64,000 bases of DNA, taken from NCBI RefSeq assembly GCF_003790525.1, contig NZ_CP033635.1, one strand, 5' to 3'. A program made the position numbers and the translations under genes. This DNA comes from Escherichia coli. GTDB taxonomy: Bacteria; Pseudomonadota; Gammaproteobacteria; Enterobacterales; Enterobacteriaceae. Within the stretch, counting starts at the first letter, position 1. Each line of letters opens with the position of its first letter. Below, piece by piece: positions 27,902-41,891 of the stretch. The notes below the pieces were generated by a model that saw only the letters and a program-made list of their open reading frames with translations, was not told the DNA's origin and did not search any database.

Positions 27902-28588
27902 ATGGACGTATTCATGCAAAATATTATTCTTTTATTTATATATTTATTACTTATAGTCGTTAACCATTTCCGCTACAAATTCCTTTTGTCTGGCAACACG
28001 GGTGAAATGATTTTATATTTTGCTAACGTATTTTTTAACCCACTTGCCTTATCATTTATTATCGCCACAATCATCTGTATAACGATAAAAAAAAGAAGCA
28101 GCCACAGCTTTATTCGCGGCACTTGTTGGTTAATGGGATTATTTCTTATCTATAGCAGCTATACAGTGTGGGAACGACACAGCACATGGGATTATACTTT
28201 CCCGGGGCCAGGTATCACCGTCACAGTTCCGAGCAAACAGTGGGTTGCCAATATAGTAAAACAAGGACCAATCCTGGTGACTCGGGATGCCCATGCTATT
28301 TTAGTTATTGTTGCCTTCTCACAAAATGAACTCGGTGTGCATTCAATCGAGGAACTTACCGCGACTCAAAACGGAACTGCAGAAATGCATGTTTGTGATG
28401 TTAAGGGATTTGCCTGCGCTTATCAGGAAGGAATTCAAACAATGAGTGATGGCAAAATAAGACATGCTATTTTCATGACTCTACTGGATAACACTAATTT
28501 GATACGACTGGTCGCAGCTATCGACCCAGATTATTTGGACGAATATCAAGAAGAAGTAATGAAAATGATACTTTCTGCCCATCAATAA
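27902..28588 (+). CDS. Hypothetical membrane-anchored protein, tandem paralog 1 (AT-rich islet)
   Basis: 228 aa; N-terminal hydrophobic helices then a soluble domain; shares LLSGxxG, IKKxxxxSFxRGxCW, WxYTF..ITVTxP, HVCxxKxFxCxYQ blocks with the next ORF. Confidence 0.6.
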   Translation: MDVFMQNIILLFIYLLLIVVNHFRYKFLLSGNTGEMILYFANVFFNPLALSFIIATIICITIKKRSSHSFIRGTCWLMGLFLIYSSYTVWERHSTWDYTFPGPGITVTVPSKQWVANIVKQGPILVTRDAHAILVIVAFSQNELGVHSIEELTATQNGTAEMHVCDVKGFACAYQEGIQTMSDGKIRHAIFMTLLDNTNLIRLVAAIDPDYLDEYQEEVMKMILSAHQ

Positions 28589-28620
28589 TCTGATGTGCAT
28601 GTTAATAATAAGGGATTGAT

Positions 28621-29337
28621 ATGAGATACGTTATCTTATTAATACTATGGATAATAACTACTTTTCTTAGTCATCTTCAGCACAGCAACCTACTGTCTGG
28701 AGATCCTGGCATGGTTGGCGAGTATATCGGTTCAGTATTTCTGGGGCCGTTGTTACTTCCCGTGCTTGTGTCAGGTATTCTGTGCGCATTTATTAAAAAA
28801 ACACGTAACTTCGCCAGTTTTACTCGCGGGTGCTGTTGGGTATTGGGAATCCTGCTTTTATCCAAAGTCGGCAATACGTTTCGTATGTTTACCCCGTGGC
28901 AATATACCTTTGAGAATGCTGCGATAACCGTGACTATCCCGAACCGACACTGGAATACGGTTTCCATTAGTACTAATGAAACCATTGATATAAGAAGTGA
29001 GGATAATAGCGTCTTCATTTCTGCTTTCCGCCTGCCCGCAGGACGTAGCGCCGATGACCCGCTGGAAGCGTTAAAGAAGAAGCAGCGAGACAATCTCAAG
29101 GATCAATACAATGAGGAAGCCTTCCAGTTTCATGTTTGTAATGCCAAACATTTCACCTGTAAGTATCAGGATGTGTTGATAAATTTTGATGGTCAGCAGA
29201 AAAGAACCATCAGTGTTTATCTTGAAGACACCCCCAGGGCTGTGGGGATCATTGCATTAATGGCGCCAGATACGGCAGATAAATATCGCCAACAGGCGAT
29301 GGAGATTATGCTTTCCGCTAAAAATGCAGTGAAGTAA
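28621..29337 (+). CDS. Hypothetical membrane-anchored protein, tandem paralog 2 (AT-rich islet)
   Basis: 238 aa; same architecture and motif blocks as paralog 1. Confidence 0.6.
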   Translation: MRYVILLILWIITTFLSHLQHSNLLSGDPGMVGEYIGSVFLGPLLLPVLVSGILCAFIKKTRNFASFTRGCCWVLGILLLSKVGNTFRMFTPWQYTFENAAITVTIPNRHWNTVSISTNETIDIRSEDNSVFISAFRLPAGRSADDPLEALKKKQRDNLKDQYNEEAFQFHVCNAKHFTCKYQDVLINFDGQQKRTISVYLEDTPRAVGIIALMAPDTADKYRQQAMEIMLSAKNAVK

Positions 29338-29366
29338 AAAATAAGGCGCCTTGCGGCGCCTCTGCA
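29338..29366. terminator. Bidirectional terminator shared by paralog 2 and zapB
   Basis: aaaaaataaggcgccttgcggcgcct: GC palindrome flanked by an A/T run. Confidence 0.6.
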
Positions 29367-29375
29367 TGGAAGAGA

Positions 29376-29669
<294 letters not shown>

Positions 29670-29924
29670 TTACCGGTGACGCCTTAATAAATACGAGCGC
29701 ACTTTAGTTAGCTCCGATTGTATGAAGCCGCGCCATCGCTGTCCAGCGGCACGCCTTGCAGATTACGGTTTGCCACACTTTTCATCCTTCTCCTGGTGAC
29801 ATAATCCACATCAATCGAAAATGTTAATAAATTTGTTGCGCGAATGATCTAACAAACATGCATCATGTACAATCAGATGGAATAAATGGCGCGATAACGC
29901 TCATTTTATGACGAAGCACACACA

Positions 29925-29970
29925 TTTTAAGTTCGATATTTCTCGTTTTTGCTCGTTAACGATAAGTTTA
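29925..29970 (+). promoter_or_regulatory. glpFKX promoter region with GlpR operator-like dyads
   Basis: aagttcgatatttctcg and tgctcgttaacgataag partial palindromes upstream of glpF. Confidence 0.4.
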
Positions 29971-30045
29971 CAGCATGCCTACAAGCATCGTGGAGGTCCG
30001 TGACTTTCACGCATACAACAAACATTAACTCTTCAGGATCCGATT

Positions 30046-32422
<2,377 letters not shown>

Positions 32423-32430
32423 TGTAAATG

Positions 32431-32495
32431 CCGGATGAAGCGTTTATGCCGCATCCGGTAGTCCTGAATCGTGCGGGGGCAACCCCGCACACATC
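32431..32495. repeat. REP-like palindromic element between glpK and glpX
   Basis: gccggatgaagcgtttatgccgcatccggta plus gcgggggcaaccccgcac palindromes. Confidence 0.5.
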
Positions 32496-32556
32496 AATAA
32501 TCCCGCCCTTCCCCTGTGCTACACTTCGCGCCATTCCTTACTGCTTAGAGTTTGCT

Positions 32557-33567
32557 ATGAGACGAGAACTTGCCATCGAATTTTCCCGCGTCACCGAATC
32601 TGCGGCGCTGGCTGGCTACAAATGGCTAGGACGCGGCGATAAAAACACCGCGGACGGCGCAGCGGTAAACGCCATGCGTATTATGCTCAACCAGGTCAAC
32701 ATTGACGGCACCATCGTTATTGGTGAAGGTGAAATCGACGAAGCACCGATGCTCTACATTGGTGAAAAAGTCGGTACTGGTCGCGGCGACGCGGTAGATA
32801 TTGCTGTTGATCCGATTGAAGGCACGCGCATGACGGCGATGGGCCAGGCTAACGCGCTGGCGGTGCTGGCTGTTGGCGATAAAGGCTGCTTCCTCAATGC
32901 GCCAGATATGTATATGGAGAAGCTGATCGTCGGACCGGGAGCCAAAGGCACCATTGATCTGAACCTGCCGCTGGCGGATAACCTGCGCAATGTTGCGGCG
33001 GCGCTCGGTAAACCGTTGAGCGAACTGACGGTAACAATTCTGGCTAAACCACGCCACGATGCCGTTATCGCTGAAATGCAGCAACTCGGCGTACGCGTAT
33101 TTGCTATTCCGGACGGCGACGTTGCGGCCTCAATTCTCACCTGTATGCCAGACAGCGAAGTTGACGTGCTGTACGGTATTGGTGGCGCGCCGGAAGGCGT
33201 GGTTTCTGCAGCGGTGATCCGCGCATTAGATGGTGACATGAACGGTCGTCTGCTGGCGCGTCATGACGTCAAAGGCGACAACGAAGAGAATCGTCGCATT
33301 GGCGAGCAGGAGCTGGCACGCTGCAAAGCAATGGGCATCGAAGCCGGTAAAGTATTGCGTCTGGGCGATATGGCGCGCAGCGATAACGTCATCTTCTCTG
33401 CCACCGGTATTACCAAAGGCGATCTGCTGGAAGGCATTAGCCGCAAAGGCAATATCGCGACTACCGAAACGCTGCTGATCCGCGGCAAGTCACGCACTAT
33501 TCGCCGCATTCAGTCCATCCACTATCTGGATCGCAAAGACCCGGAAATGCAGGTGCACATTCTCTGA
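32557..33567 (+). CDS. glpX: Fructose-1,6-bisphosphatase class II
   Basis: Start trimmed to MRRELAIEFSRVTESAALAGYKWLGRGDKN. Confidence 0.95.
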   Translation: MRRELAIEFSRVTESAALAGYKWLGRGDKNTADGAAVNAMRIMLNQVNIDGTIVIGEGEIDEAPMLYIGEKVGTGRGDAVDIAVDPIEGTRMTAMGQANALAVLAVGDKGCFLNAPDMYMEKLIVGPGAKGTIDLNLPLADNLRNVAAALGKPLSELTVTILAKPRHDAVIAEMQQLGVRVFAIPDGDVAASILTCMPDSEVDVLYGIGGAPEGVVSAAVIRALDGDMNGRLLARHDVKGDNEENRRIGEQELARCKAMGIEAGKVLRLGDMARSDNVIFSATGITKGDLLEGISRKGNIATTETLLIRGKSRTIRRIQSIHYLDRKDPEMQVHIL

Positions 33568-33588
33568 GTGATTTGATCGATTGAGCCT

Positions 33589-33617
33589 TCCAGTCCTTCG
33601 GGACTGGAATTTTTTTG
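33589..33617 (+). terminator. glpFKX operon terminator
   Basis: tccagtccttcgggactgga hairpin followed by attttttt. Confidence 0.7.
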
Positions 33618-33663
33618 TTCGGAGAACGAAGATAAGGCAAGTCAATCAAAACAGGAGAAAAAC

Positions 33664-34410
33664 ATGGCTGATTGGGTAACAGGCAAAGTCACTAAAGTGC
33701 AGAACTGGACCGACGCCCTGTTTAGTCTCACCGTTCACGCCCCCGTGCTTCCGTTTACCGCCGGGCAATTTACCAAGCTTGGCCTTGAAATCGACGGTGA
33801 ACGCGTCCAGCGCGCCTACTCCTATGTTAACTCGCCCGATAATCCCGATCTGGAGTTTTACCTGGTCACCGTCCCCGATGGCAAATTAAGCCCACGATTG
33901 GCGGCACTGAAACCGGGCGATGAAGTGCAGGTGGTTAGCGAAGCAGCTGGCTTCTTTGTTCTGGATGAAGTACCAGATTGCGAAACGCTATGGATGCTGG
34001 CAACCGGTACAGCGATTGGCCCTTATCTATCGATTCTGCAACTGGGTAAAGATTTAGATCGCTTCAAAAATCTGGTCCTGGTTCACGCCGCACGTTATGC
34101 CGCCGACTTAAGCTATTTGCCACTGATGCAAGAACTGGAAAAACGCTACGAAGGCAAACTGCGCATTCAGACGGTGGTCAGTCGGGAAACGGCTGCGGGT
34201 TCGCTCACTGGGCGGATACCGGCGTTAATTGAAAGTGGTGAACTGGAAAGCGCGGTTGGCCTGCCGATGAATAAAGAAACCAGCCATGTGATGCTGTGCG
34301 GCAATCCACAGATGGTGCGCGATACGCAACAGTTGCTGAAAGAGACCCGGCAGATGACGAAACATTTACGTCGCCGACCGGGCCATATGACAGCGGAGCA
34401 TTACTGGTAA
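33664..34410 (+). CDS. fpr: Ferredoxin/flavodoxin-NADP+ reductase
   Basis: 248 aa; RAYSYVNSP FAD-binding motif. Confidence 0.95.
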   Translation: MADWVTGKVTKVQNWTDALFSLTVHAPVLPFTAGQFTKLGLEIDGERVQRAYSYVNSPDNPDLEFYLVTVPDGKLSPRLAALKPGDEVQVVSEAAGFFVLDEVPDCETLWMLATGTAIGPYLSILQLGKDLDRFKNLVLVHAARYAADLSYLPLMQELEKRYEGKLRIQTVVSRETAAGSLTGRIPALIESGELESAVGLPMNKETSHVMLCGNPQMVRDTQQLLKETRQMTKHLRRRPGHMTAEHYW

Positions 34411-34414
34411 GCGG

Positions 34415-34843
34415 TTACTTATCGATAAACGGCACGATGAGCAAATCCGCACTCAACTTATTGATCATCCCGCGATATGCCGGCATCAAACGGTTGATAA
34501 ATGAGTGGTGATGACCACAGACAAGGAGGTCGCACTGCTCTTTTTGCATAATTTCCAGCAGTGTTTCCGGCATTTCTCCGCGTTCAATACGCAGTTTTGT
34601 CTTCGGCCATTGAATATTTTTCGTCAGTTTATACAGCTTGTTATCCGACTTATTCTTCAACAATTGAAGAATATCTTCTGTTGCAGGGAAGTAGATACCC
34701 GGATACAACTCGCTTAAGCCATCATCAATATGAATTAACGTCAGGTGAGCGTCATTATGTCTGGCGAGCTCCAGGGCTTTATTCACCAGTAAGGCATCTT
34801 CTTCATTCCCGGAAATTGCCACGCCAATGTGTTTATAAGCCAT
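34415..34843 (-). CDS. uspD: Universal stress protein D
   Basis: 142-aa Usp-fold translation [40 protein letters not shown]... Confidence 0.9.
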   Translation of the reverse strand: MAYKHIGVAISGNEEDALLVNKALELARHNDAHLTLIHIDDGLSELYPGIYFPATEDILQLLKNKSDNKLYKLTKNIQWPKTKLRIERGEMPETLLEIMQKEQCDLLVCGHHHSFINRLMPAYRGMINKLSADLLIVPFIDK

Positions 34844-34869
34844 GTTTAACTCCTTCTAAAGCAACTCCA

Positions 34870-35169
34870 TCAAGCTAACGAACGCAGTGATAACTCAAAA
34901 ATAATCATCTCGGCCTGGCATGAGAAGGTGAAGGCCGCATCAAGCTCAACTTGCCCTTCCAGATCCTTAATCTTATAGGCTACGCTGGCCCCTTCATCTG
35001 CAGAGGATGCAGCGGCGGCAAGCTCTTTCAGTTTGGTCATAAAGGACTCTGCTTCTTCGCGGGTGGCAAAAAAGCGCGAAAACTTACTGGTACAGTTGTC
35101 GTTATCAATCACCGTACCGATATCAATCGCACATCCTTTAGTACTGCATTTATCTACGACATCTTTCAT
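34870..35169 (-). CDS. yiiS: DUF406-type protein YiiS
   Basis: 99-aa ORF; synteny uspD-yiiS-yiiR. Confidence 0.8.
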   Translation of the reverse strand: MKDVVDKCSTKGCAIDIGTVIDNDNCTSKFSRFFATREEAESFMTKLKELAAAASSADEGASVAYKIKDLEGQVELDAAFTFSCQAEMIIFELSLRSLA

Positions 35170-35380
35170 AGGGCACCTCTGTATATTCGCCTCTCTGTCG
35201 ATTACGACTTAAGAATAATGCGCCGTTAAAGGAAGAACAAACAAGTAATGATCTTATGGATTACCATTTTTTTTGATATTGCTTAAGGTGAAGAGTTCAG
35301 AAGGATTTTCCGGGCATTGTCACTTGCATCGTGGAAATAACAATCCCGGAAAAAAATAGCAGTAAGAGATATATTAAAGG

Positions 35381-35821
35381 TTAATTACTTGATTTATTGT
35401 CGGCTTTATACTTCACATCCTGGGTATCTTTACCATATTTATTTTCGCCTTGTGTGCCAACAAACGCACCAAGATCGATAAGCATCATCACCAGAATCAA
35501 TGTCGGGACAAAACGCCCCACCGCCCATTGCCAGACACCCGGTAAAATCGCCCAGTTACCCGCCAGCAGCATCCACGCCACAATCATCAGAAATGCCCAT
35601 GCGCCGGAACGCCCGCGATCATGCAAGCGCTTAACGGTTACTGCCGCTGTTGGCCAAAGCAAGCACACAAGGCAAAACGCCGCGGTCTGAATATCGAGTA
35701 AATTTTTACCCGCCAGTGAGAAAAGCACCAGCATGCCTGCGAACCACAGGCCTATCCAAATCCAGAAATCACGGCGTCCAATACGCCCTTTAAATGAGAA
35801 TAACCATTGCTGTATGGTCAT
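35381..35821 (-). CDS. yiiR: DUF805 inner membrane protein YiiR
   Basis: 146-aa hydrophobic protein; synteny. Confidence 0.8.
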   Translation of the reverse strand: MTIQQWLFSFKGRIGRRDFWIWIGLWFAGMLVLFSLAGKNLLDIQTAAFCLVCLLWPTAAVTVKRLHDRGRSGAWAFLMIVAWMLLAGNWAILPGVWQWAVGRFVPTLILVMMLIDLGAFVGTQGENKYGKDTQDVKYKADNKSSN

Positions 35822-35921
35822 GTAAGTTCCTTGATGGTTGTCTTTTCCAGGATTCTACCCTTTTGACAAGGGCGACAGATATCGTTTTAATCGGAGCCAG
35901 TCATAACAAAAGGTACTGTCA

Positions 35922-36521
35922 ATGAAGCCAGGGTGTACGCTGTTTTTTCTCTTATATTCTGCATTAACCGTTACAACAACGGCGCATGCACAAACACCAG
36001 ATACGGCAACGACCGCGCCTTATCTGCTGGCTGGAGCCCCTACTTTCGATCTCTCCATCAGCCAGTTTCGAGAAGACTTTAACAGCCAGAATCCCAGCCT
36101 GCCACTGAACGAATTTCGTGCCATCGACAGCAGTCCCGACAAAGCCAATCTCACTCGTGCTGCCAGTAAAATTAACGAGAACTTGTATGCTTCTACAGCG
36201 CTGGAGCGCGGTACCTTAAAAATCAAAAGCATTCAAATGACCTGGCTACCCATCCAGGGGCCAGAGCAAAAAGCCGCGAAAGCGAAAGCTCAGGAATACA
36301 TGGCAGCGGTGATCCGCACACTCACCCCATTAATGACCAAAACACAAAGCCAGAAAAAACTGCAGTCGCTACTAACGGCGGGGAAAAACAAACGTTATTA
36401 CACCGAGACAGAAGGTGCACTGCGTTATGTTGTCGCGGACAACGGCGAAAAGGGGCTGACCTTCGCTGTTGAACCGATTAAGCTGGCACTATCTGAATCG
36501 CTTGAAGGTTTGAATAAATGA
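35922..36521 (+). CDS. yiiQ: Periplasmic protein YiiQ (DUF1454-type)
   Basis: 199 aa with signal peptide; synteny upstream of tpiA. Confidence 0.8.
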   Translation: MKPGCTLFFLLYSALTVTTTAHAQTPDTATTAPYLLAGAPTFDLSISQFREDFNSQNPSLPLNEFRAIDSSPDKANLTRAASKINENLYASTALERGTLKIKSIQMTWLPIQGPEQKAAKAKAQEYMAAVIRTLTPLMTKTQSQKKLQSLLTAGKNKRYYTETEGALRYVVADNGEKGLTFAVEPIKLALSESLEGLNK

Positions 36522-36628
36522 CAAAAAGCAAAGCCTTTGTGCCGATGAATCTCTATACTGTTTCACAGACCTGCTGCCCTGCGGGGCGGCCATCTTCCTT
36601 TATTCGCTTATAAGCGTGGAGAATTAAA

Positions 36629-37396
36629 ATGCGACATCCTTTAGTGATGGGTAACTGGAAACTGAACGGCAGCCGCCACATGGTTCACGAGCTGGTTTCT
36701 AACCTGCGTAAAGAGCTGGCAGGTGTTGCTGGCTGTGCGGTTGCAATCGCACCACCGGAAATGTACATCGATATGGCGAAGCGCGAAGCTGAAGGCAGCC
36801 ACATCATGCTGGGTGCGCAAAACGTGGACCTGAACCTGTCCGGCGCATTCACCGGTGAAACCTCTGCTGCTATGCTGAAAGACATCGGCGCACAGTACAT
36901 CATCATCGGCCACTCTGAACGTCGTACTTACCACAAAGAGTCTGACGAACTGATCGCGAAAAAATTCGCGGTGCTGAAAGAGCAGGGACTGACTCCGGTT
37001 CTGTGCATCGGTGAAACCGAAGCGGAAAACGAAGCGGGCAAAACTGAAGAAGTTTGTGCACGTCAGATCGACGCGGTACTGAAAACTCAGGGGGCTGCGG
37101 CATTCGAAGGTGCGGTTATCGCTTACGAACCTGTATGGGCAATCGGTACTGGCAAATCTGCAACTCCGGCTCAGGCACAGGCTGTTCACAAATTCATCCG
37201 TGACCACATCGCTAAAGTTGACGCTAACATCGCTGAACAAGTGATCATCCAGTACGGCGGCTCTGTAAACGCGTCTAACGCTGCAGAACTGTTTGCTCAG
37301 CCAGACATCGACGGCGCGCTGGTTGGCGGTGCTTCTCTGAAAGCTGACGCTTTCGCAGTGATCGTTAAAGCTGCAGAAGCGGCTAAACAGGCTTAA
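36629..37396 (+). CDS. tpiA: Triosephosphate isomerase
   Basis: 255-aa translation [33 protein letters not shown]...; [11 protein letters not shown] active-site motif. Confidence 0.95.
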
Positions 37397-37405
37397 GTCT
37401 GACAG

Positions 37406-37428
37406 GTGCCGGATTTCATATCCGGCAC
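37406..37428. terminator. Bidirectional hairpin between tpiA and cdh
   Basis: gtgccggatttcatatccggcac palindrome. Confidence 0.55.
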
Positions 37429-37450
37429 TTACTTTCCTTAACTCCTCGCC

Positions 37451-38206
37451 TTAACGCAAAATCTCACACTGATGATCCTGGATTTCCTCGGCTGAAGCAC
37501 GGTTCAGCGTCAGTAGATTTCGTTGTGTCGCCAGCAATACAAATGAGTTATCACTCTGCCGTACCATTGCCAGCCCGTAGCTTCCCATATGTTCCCGCGC
37601 CTCAGGCACTTCTTCTGCAAGCATCATAAATGGGCTGCGTTGTACCAGTTCGCTTTCCGTTACCCGACGCGCCAGGTACTCATGCCCACGCAAACCACCT
37701 GGCAGTGGCAACCAGCGGCTACTGATGTTCGCCAGATTGTTATCCAGCTGTTCGCGCACATCAGGACGAATACAAGAAATATGAATATGAAAATGGTTTT
37801 GCGTACGCCCGGTGCGAGAGTTGATCGCCAAAGAAACCGCGCGATCGGGAACCGGCTGGCCGTATTTTTTGCTCATAAAATCACGCGCCTGCCAGGCCAA
37901 CCAAAAGAAGTTCGGCGTTGAAGGATCGGTCAACAAAGGACTTTCAGTACCGTTAATACGATACGTTGGCATCAACAGATATTGCAGTGGGCCATTAAGA
38001 TCTTTTAAAACCACGTATCCGGCGTTGGGTTTGACTTCCGCACATGGCGAAGGATTTTGATTTTGCTGCTGATTGGGCAAACATTCCTCAAGGACAATCT
38101 TACGTAATGTATCCGACTCTTCACCGGTTAATTTCCAGTAACCAATACCGGCAGCCACAACGGCGATAACTATCATCACCAAAAAAAGAAGACCCGCTTT
38201 TTTCAT
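37451..38206 (-). CDS. cdh: CDP-diacylglycerol pyrophosphatase
   Basis: Start trimmed to [26 protein letters not shown] (CAT at 38204-38206). Confidence 0.9.
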   Translation of the reverse strand: MKKAGLLFLVMIVIAVVAAGIGYWKLTGEESDTLRKIVLEECLPNQQQNQNPSPCAEVKPNAGYVVLKDLNGPLQYLLMPTYRINGTESPLLTDPSTPNFFWLAWQARDFMSKKYGQPVPDRAVSLAINSRTGRTQNHFHIHISCIRPDVREQLDNNLANISSRWLPLPGGLRGHEYLARRVTESELVQRSPFMMLAEEVPEAREHMGSYGLAMVRQSDNSFVLLATQRNLLTLNRASAEEIQDHQCEILR

Positions 38207-38312
38207 CTTTTTTTCCCTGTACCTCAAAGAGATGCAAGGGTAACGCAAAATCGTGACAAATAAAAAACCCGGTCGCGAGAAACCACCGGGTTTGATAATT
38301 ATCCTGGAGAAA

Positions 38313-39302
38313 TCAGCGTTTGCTGATCTGATCGAACGTACCGCCGTTAGCAAAATGCTCTTTTTGCGCTTTCGTCCAGCCGCCGAACTCTTCATCAATG
38401 GTGAATAACTTCAGCTTTGGAAACGCATTTTCGTACTTTTTCGCCACCTCAGCATCGCGCGGACGGTAGTAGTTTTTCGCGGCAATTTCCTGACCTTCTG
38501 GCGAGTAGAGATATTTCAGGTAGGCTTCCGCCACCTCTTTGGTGCCTTTTTTCTCGACCACTTTATCGACCACCGACACGGTTGGCTCTGCGAGGATAGA
38601 CTCACTCGGCGTGACGATTTCGAATTTATCTTTCCCCAGTTCATTCGCTGCCAGCAGAGCTTCGTTTTCCCAGGCGATCAGTACATCGCCAATTCCGCGC
38701 TCGACAAAAGTGTTAGTGGAGCCGCGCGCGCCAGAATCCAGAACTTCGACGTTTTTATACAGTGCCCGAACAAAATCCTGTGCTTTTGCCTGATCGTTGT
38801 TGTTGTGATGCAGCGCGTAGCCCCAGGCAGCCAGGTAGTTCCAGCGCGCGCCACCAGAGCTTTTCGGATTAGGCGTGATCACCGAAACACCCGGTTTAAT
38901 CAGATCGTTCCAGTCATGGATCTGCTTCGGATTGCCCTTACGTACCAGGAAAACAATGGTGGAAGTGTACGGTGCGGAGTTATCCGGCAGACGTTTGATC
39001 CACTCTTTATCAATCCGCCCGCGTTCCGCAATTGCGTCCACGTCATAGGCCAGAGCCAGAGTGACAACATCAGCTTCAATACCATTGATTACCGACGTCG
39101 CTTGTTTGCCTGAACCACCGTGGGACTGACGGATCACCACGTTATCGCCAGTTTGCTGTTTCCAGTGGGCGCTGAATGCCTTGTTGTACTGTTCGTACAA
39201 TTCGCGCGTTGGATCATATGAAACGTTAAGAAGCTGAATATCCTTTGCCATAACGCTGGTTGCCGCCAGCAAAAATGTTAACCCTACGCCCCACTTGTTC
39301 AT
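38313..39302 (-). CDS. sbp: Periplasmic sulfate-binding protein
   Basis: 329-aa translation [43 protein letters not shown]... Confidence 0.95.
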
Positions 39303-39454
39303 CGCCCGACTCTCTTATGTTGTGTTGTGATGAGCAAAGCGTGCCAGAAGGTTAACCAAACATTAAAGAATAAAAAAAGATTGGCTATAACTTGCGGGTA
39401 TATGTTGAGGGATTAAAAAGGCGGAAGAAATCCGCCTCATATTGCTGACAAAGT

Positions 39455-39570
39455 GCGCTTTGTCCATGCCGGATGCGGCGCGAACGCCTTATCCGGCCTA
39501 CAAAAGTTTGCAAATTCAATAAATTGCAGAATTCATGTAGGCCTGATAAGCGAAGCGCATCAGGCATTTT
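39455..39570. repeat. REP/BIME palindromic units between sbp and pfkA
   Basis: gccggatgcggcgcgaacgccttatccggcctac and gtaggcctgataagcgaagcgcatcaggc. Confidence 0.6.
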
Positions 39571-39621
39571 TGCTTCTGTCATCGGTTTCAGGCTAAAGGA
39601 ATCTGCCTTTTTCCGAAATCA

Positions 39622-40584
39622 TTAATACAGTTTTTTCGCGCAGTCCAGCCAGTCGCCTTTGAACGGACGCTTCATGTTTTCGATAGCGTCGATGATGTCG
39701 TGGTGAACCAGCTGTTCGTTCTGGATACCTACGCAACGACCGCCGTAGCCTGCCAGCAGCAGATCGATAGCGTAAGCGCCCATACGGGAAGCCAGAATAC
39801 GGTCGTAAGGCACCGGAGAACCACCGCGCTGGATGTGGCCCAGCACAGTTGCGCGGGTTTCACGACCGGTTTCTTTCTCGATGAAATGCGCCAGTTCGTC
39901 AACATCACACATATGTTCGGTAATCGCCACGATCGCGTGTTTTTTACCTTTCGCGATACCCGCTTTGATTTCGTTTACCAGGTCTTCACGGCTGAATTCA
40001 ACTTCCGGAACTACAACGAATTCACAGCCACCAGCAATAGCCGCAGCCAACGTCAGATCGCCACAATAACGACCCATCACTTCCACCACGGAAATACGCT
40101 GGTGAGAAGAAGAGGTGTCACGCAGACGGTCGATCGCTTCTACAACGGTGCTCAGCGCAGTGAAGAAACCGATAGTGTAGTCAGTGCCTTTGATGTCGTT
40201 GTCGATAGTGCCCGGCAGGCCGATGCACGGGAAGCCCATTTCGGTCAGACGCATTGCACCCATGTAGGAACCGTCACCGCCGATAACCACCAGCGCATCG
40301 ATCCCACGTTTTTTCAGGTTTTCGATAGCCACGGCGCGGATGTTCTCGTCGCGGAATTCCGGGAAACGCGCAGAACCGAGGAACGTACCGCCACGGTTGA
40401 TCATGTCAGAAACGCTGTAACGGTCTAGCTGTACCATACGGTCTTCATACAGACCCAGATAGCCGTCATAAATGCCCATTACTTCCAGACCTTCTGTCAG
40501 CGCAGAACGAACAACCCCGCGAATTGCGGCGTTCATGCCTGGCGCATCACCGCCGCTTGTCAACACACCGATTTTCTTAATCAT
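39622..40584 (-). CDS. pfkA: 6-phosphofructokinase I
   Basis: Start trimmed to [25 protein letters not shown] (CAT at 40582-40584). Confidence 0.95.
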
Positions 40585-40764
40585 GACTACCTCTGAACTT
40601 TGGAATGCAAAATGAAATCTGTTGCCGGAAGTCTTCTTGCACATCGAAGTGATCCAACGAATGTGCAAATAGTATAACAATCACTTCCTGCTGAATTGAT
40701 TCAGGTCAGGCCAAATGGCGGTATTTTATACACAAAATGCGGGTCTGGCTCTCTTTTATACTGA

Positions 40765-41667
40765 TTATGAAAGCATAGACCGTTTACCCTCCCTGGGTAC
40801 GACGGAACAGGGGTCCTGATGGATAATCACATCCGATCCCGGAAAACGCCGTAAAATAGCCTGCTCTACCTGATCCGCCACCATATGTGCCTGAACCAAA
40901 GGCAGAGAGTCTTCCATTTCCAAATGAATCTGAATAAAGCGGGTCGGCCCTGACTGCCGCGTGCGAAGATCGTGAGCGCCGCTAACACCCGGCCAGGAAG
41001 TCACGATATCAATAATTTCTTGCCGTTCTTCATCAGGCAATGCGCGATCCAGTAATGACTGTACCGCCTCATATCCCATGCGTAACGCGCTATATAAAAT
41101 ATAGATGCCGATTCCCAATGCAAACAGAGCATCGGCGCGATGCCAGCCGTACCAGGACAACCCCAGCGCCAGCAGAATTGCGCCGTTCATCATAACATCA
41201 GACTGGTAATGTAGCATATCAGCCCGCACCGCCTGGCTTTGCGTCCGGCGCACCACCCACCGCTGAAACGAGACAAGGATAATCGTACAAATTAGCGCCA
41301 CAATTGTCACGATAACCCCGACGCCTGGATCTGTCATCGGTGTTGGAGATACCAGATGTTGAATACCCGTCAAAAACAGGAATAGTGCCGAACCGGAGAT
41401 AAACATACTTTGCGCCAGCGCCGCGAGGGACTCAGCTTTACCGTGACCAAACGAGTGATTATCGTCGGCAGGTTGCAGGGAATATCGCACCACCAGTAAA
41501 TTCGTCAACGACGCGCCGATATCCACCAGCGAATCCACCAGCGCGGCGAGAATACTCACCGACCCGGTATACCACCATGCAAAAATTTTAATCAGCAATA
41601 GCAGCGAAGCCATCGCCGTCGCAGCAATCGCCGCCCGACTGACCAGCCGTCCATAAGATTGATTCAT
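40765..41667 (-). CDS. fieF: Cation-diffusion-facilitator Fe/Zn efflux transporter
   Basis: Start trimmed to [42 protein letters not shown]; CDF-family features. Confidence 0.9.
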   Translation of the reverse strand: MNQSYGRLVSRAAIAATAMASLLLLIKIFAWWYTGSVSILAALVDSLVDIGASLTNLLVVRYSLQPADDNHSFGHGKAESLAALAQSMFISGSALFLFLTGIQHLVSPTPMTDPGVGVIVTIVALICTIILVSFQRWVVRRTQSQAVRADMLHYQSDVMMNGAILLALGLSWYGWHRADALFALGIGIYILYSALRMGYEAVQSLLDRALPDEERQEIIDIVTSWPGVSGAHDLRTRQSGPTRFIQIHLEMEDSLPLVQAHMVADQVEQAILRRFPGSDVIIHQDPCSVVPREGKRSMLS

Positions 41668-41748
41668 AAATACTCCCGCTATCAACTGACGGTAGTATAA
41701 CGGAAGCAAATCATCTGCAATGCATTAAGCAGCAAGCAAATTGAGGAT

Positions 41749-41776
41749 AAAAAAAACCCCCACATCATGTGGGGGA
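41749..41776 (-). terminator. Strong rho-independent terminator upstream of fieF (minus-strand sense)
   Basis: Minus strand reads cccccacatgatgtggggg followed by tttttttt; it sits where a cpxP-type 3' end would be expected, but no cpxP coding sequence follows. Confidence 0.55.
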
Positions 41777-41878
41777 AGACAGGGATGGTGTCACAAAAAA
41801 TCACCTAACCTACTGATATAAATGGATTTATATAAACCACTGTCCACATAGCGTCCACATCGACCATAAATAAAGCCC

Positions 41879-41891
41879 CTCAACTGAGGGG
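41879..41891. repeat. IS4 target-site duplication, left copy (CTCAACTGAGGGG)
   Basis: 13 bp identical to 43318..43330, directly abutting the IS4 end. Confidence 0.8.

Noticed and set aside
36641-37240. 199-aa antisense ORF inside tpiA
   Set aside because: Same reasoning: mirror frame of a highly conserved gene, with no independent signals
39700-40428. 242-aa antisense ORF inside pfkA
   Set aside because: Mirror frame of pfkA; composition-driven open frame
41777-41891. cpxP coding sequence expected upstream of fieF on the minus strand
   Set aside because: Translating the minus strand here gives only short peptides unlike CpxP; the locus is occupied by IS4 and the prophage, so cpxP is not annotated
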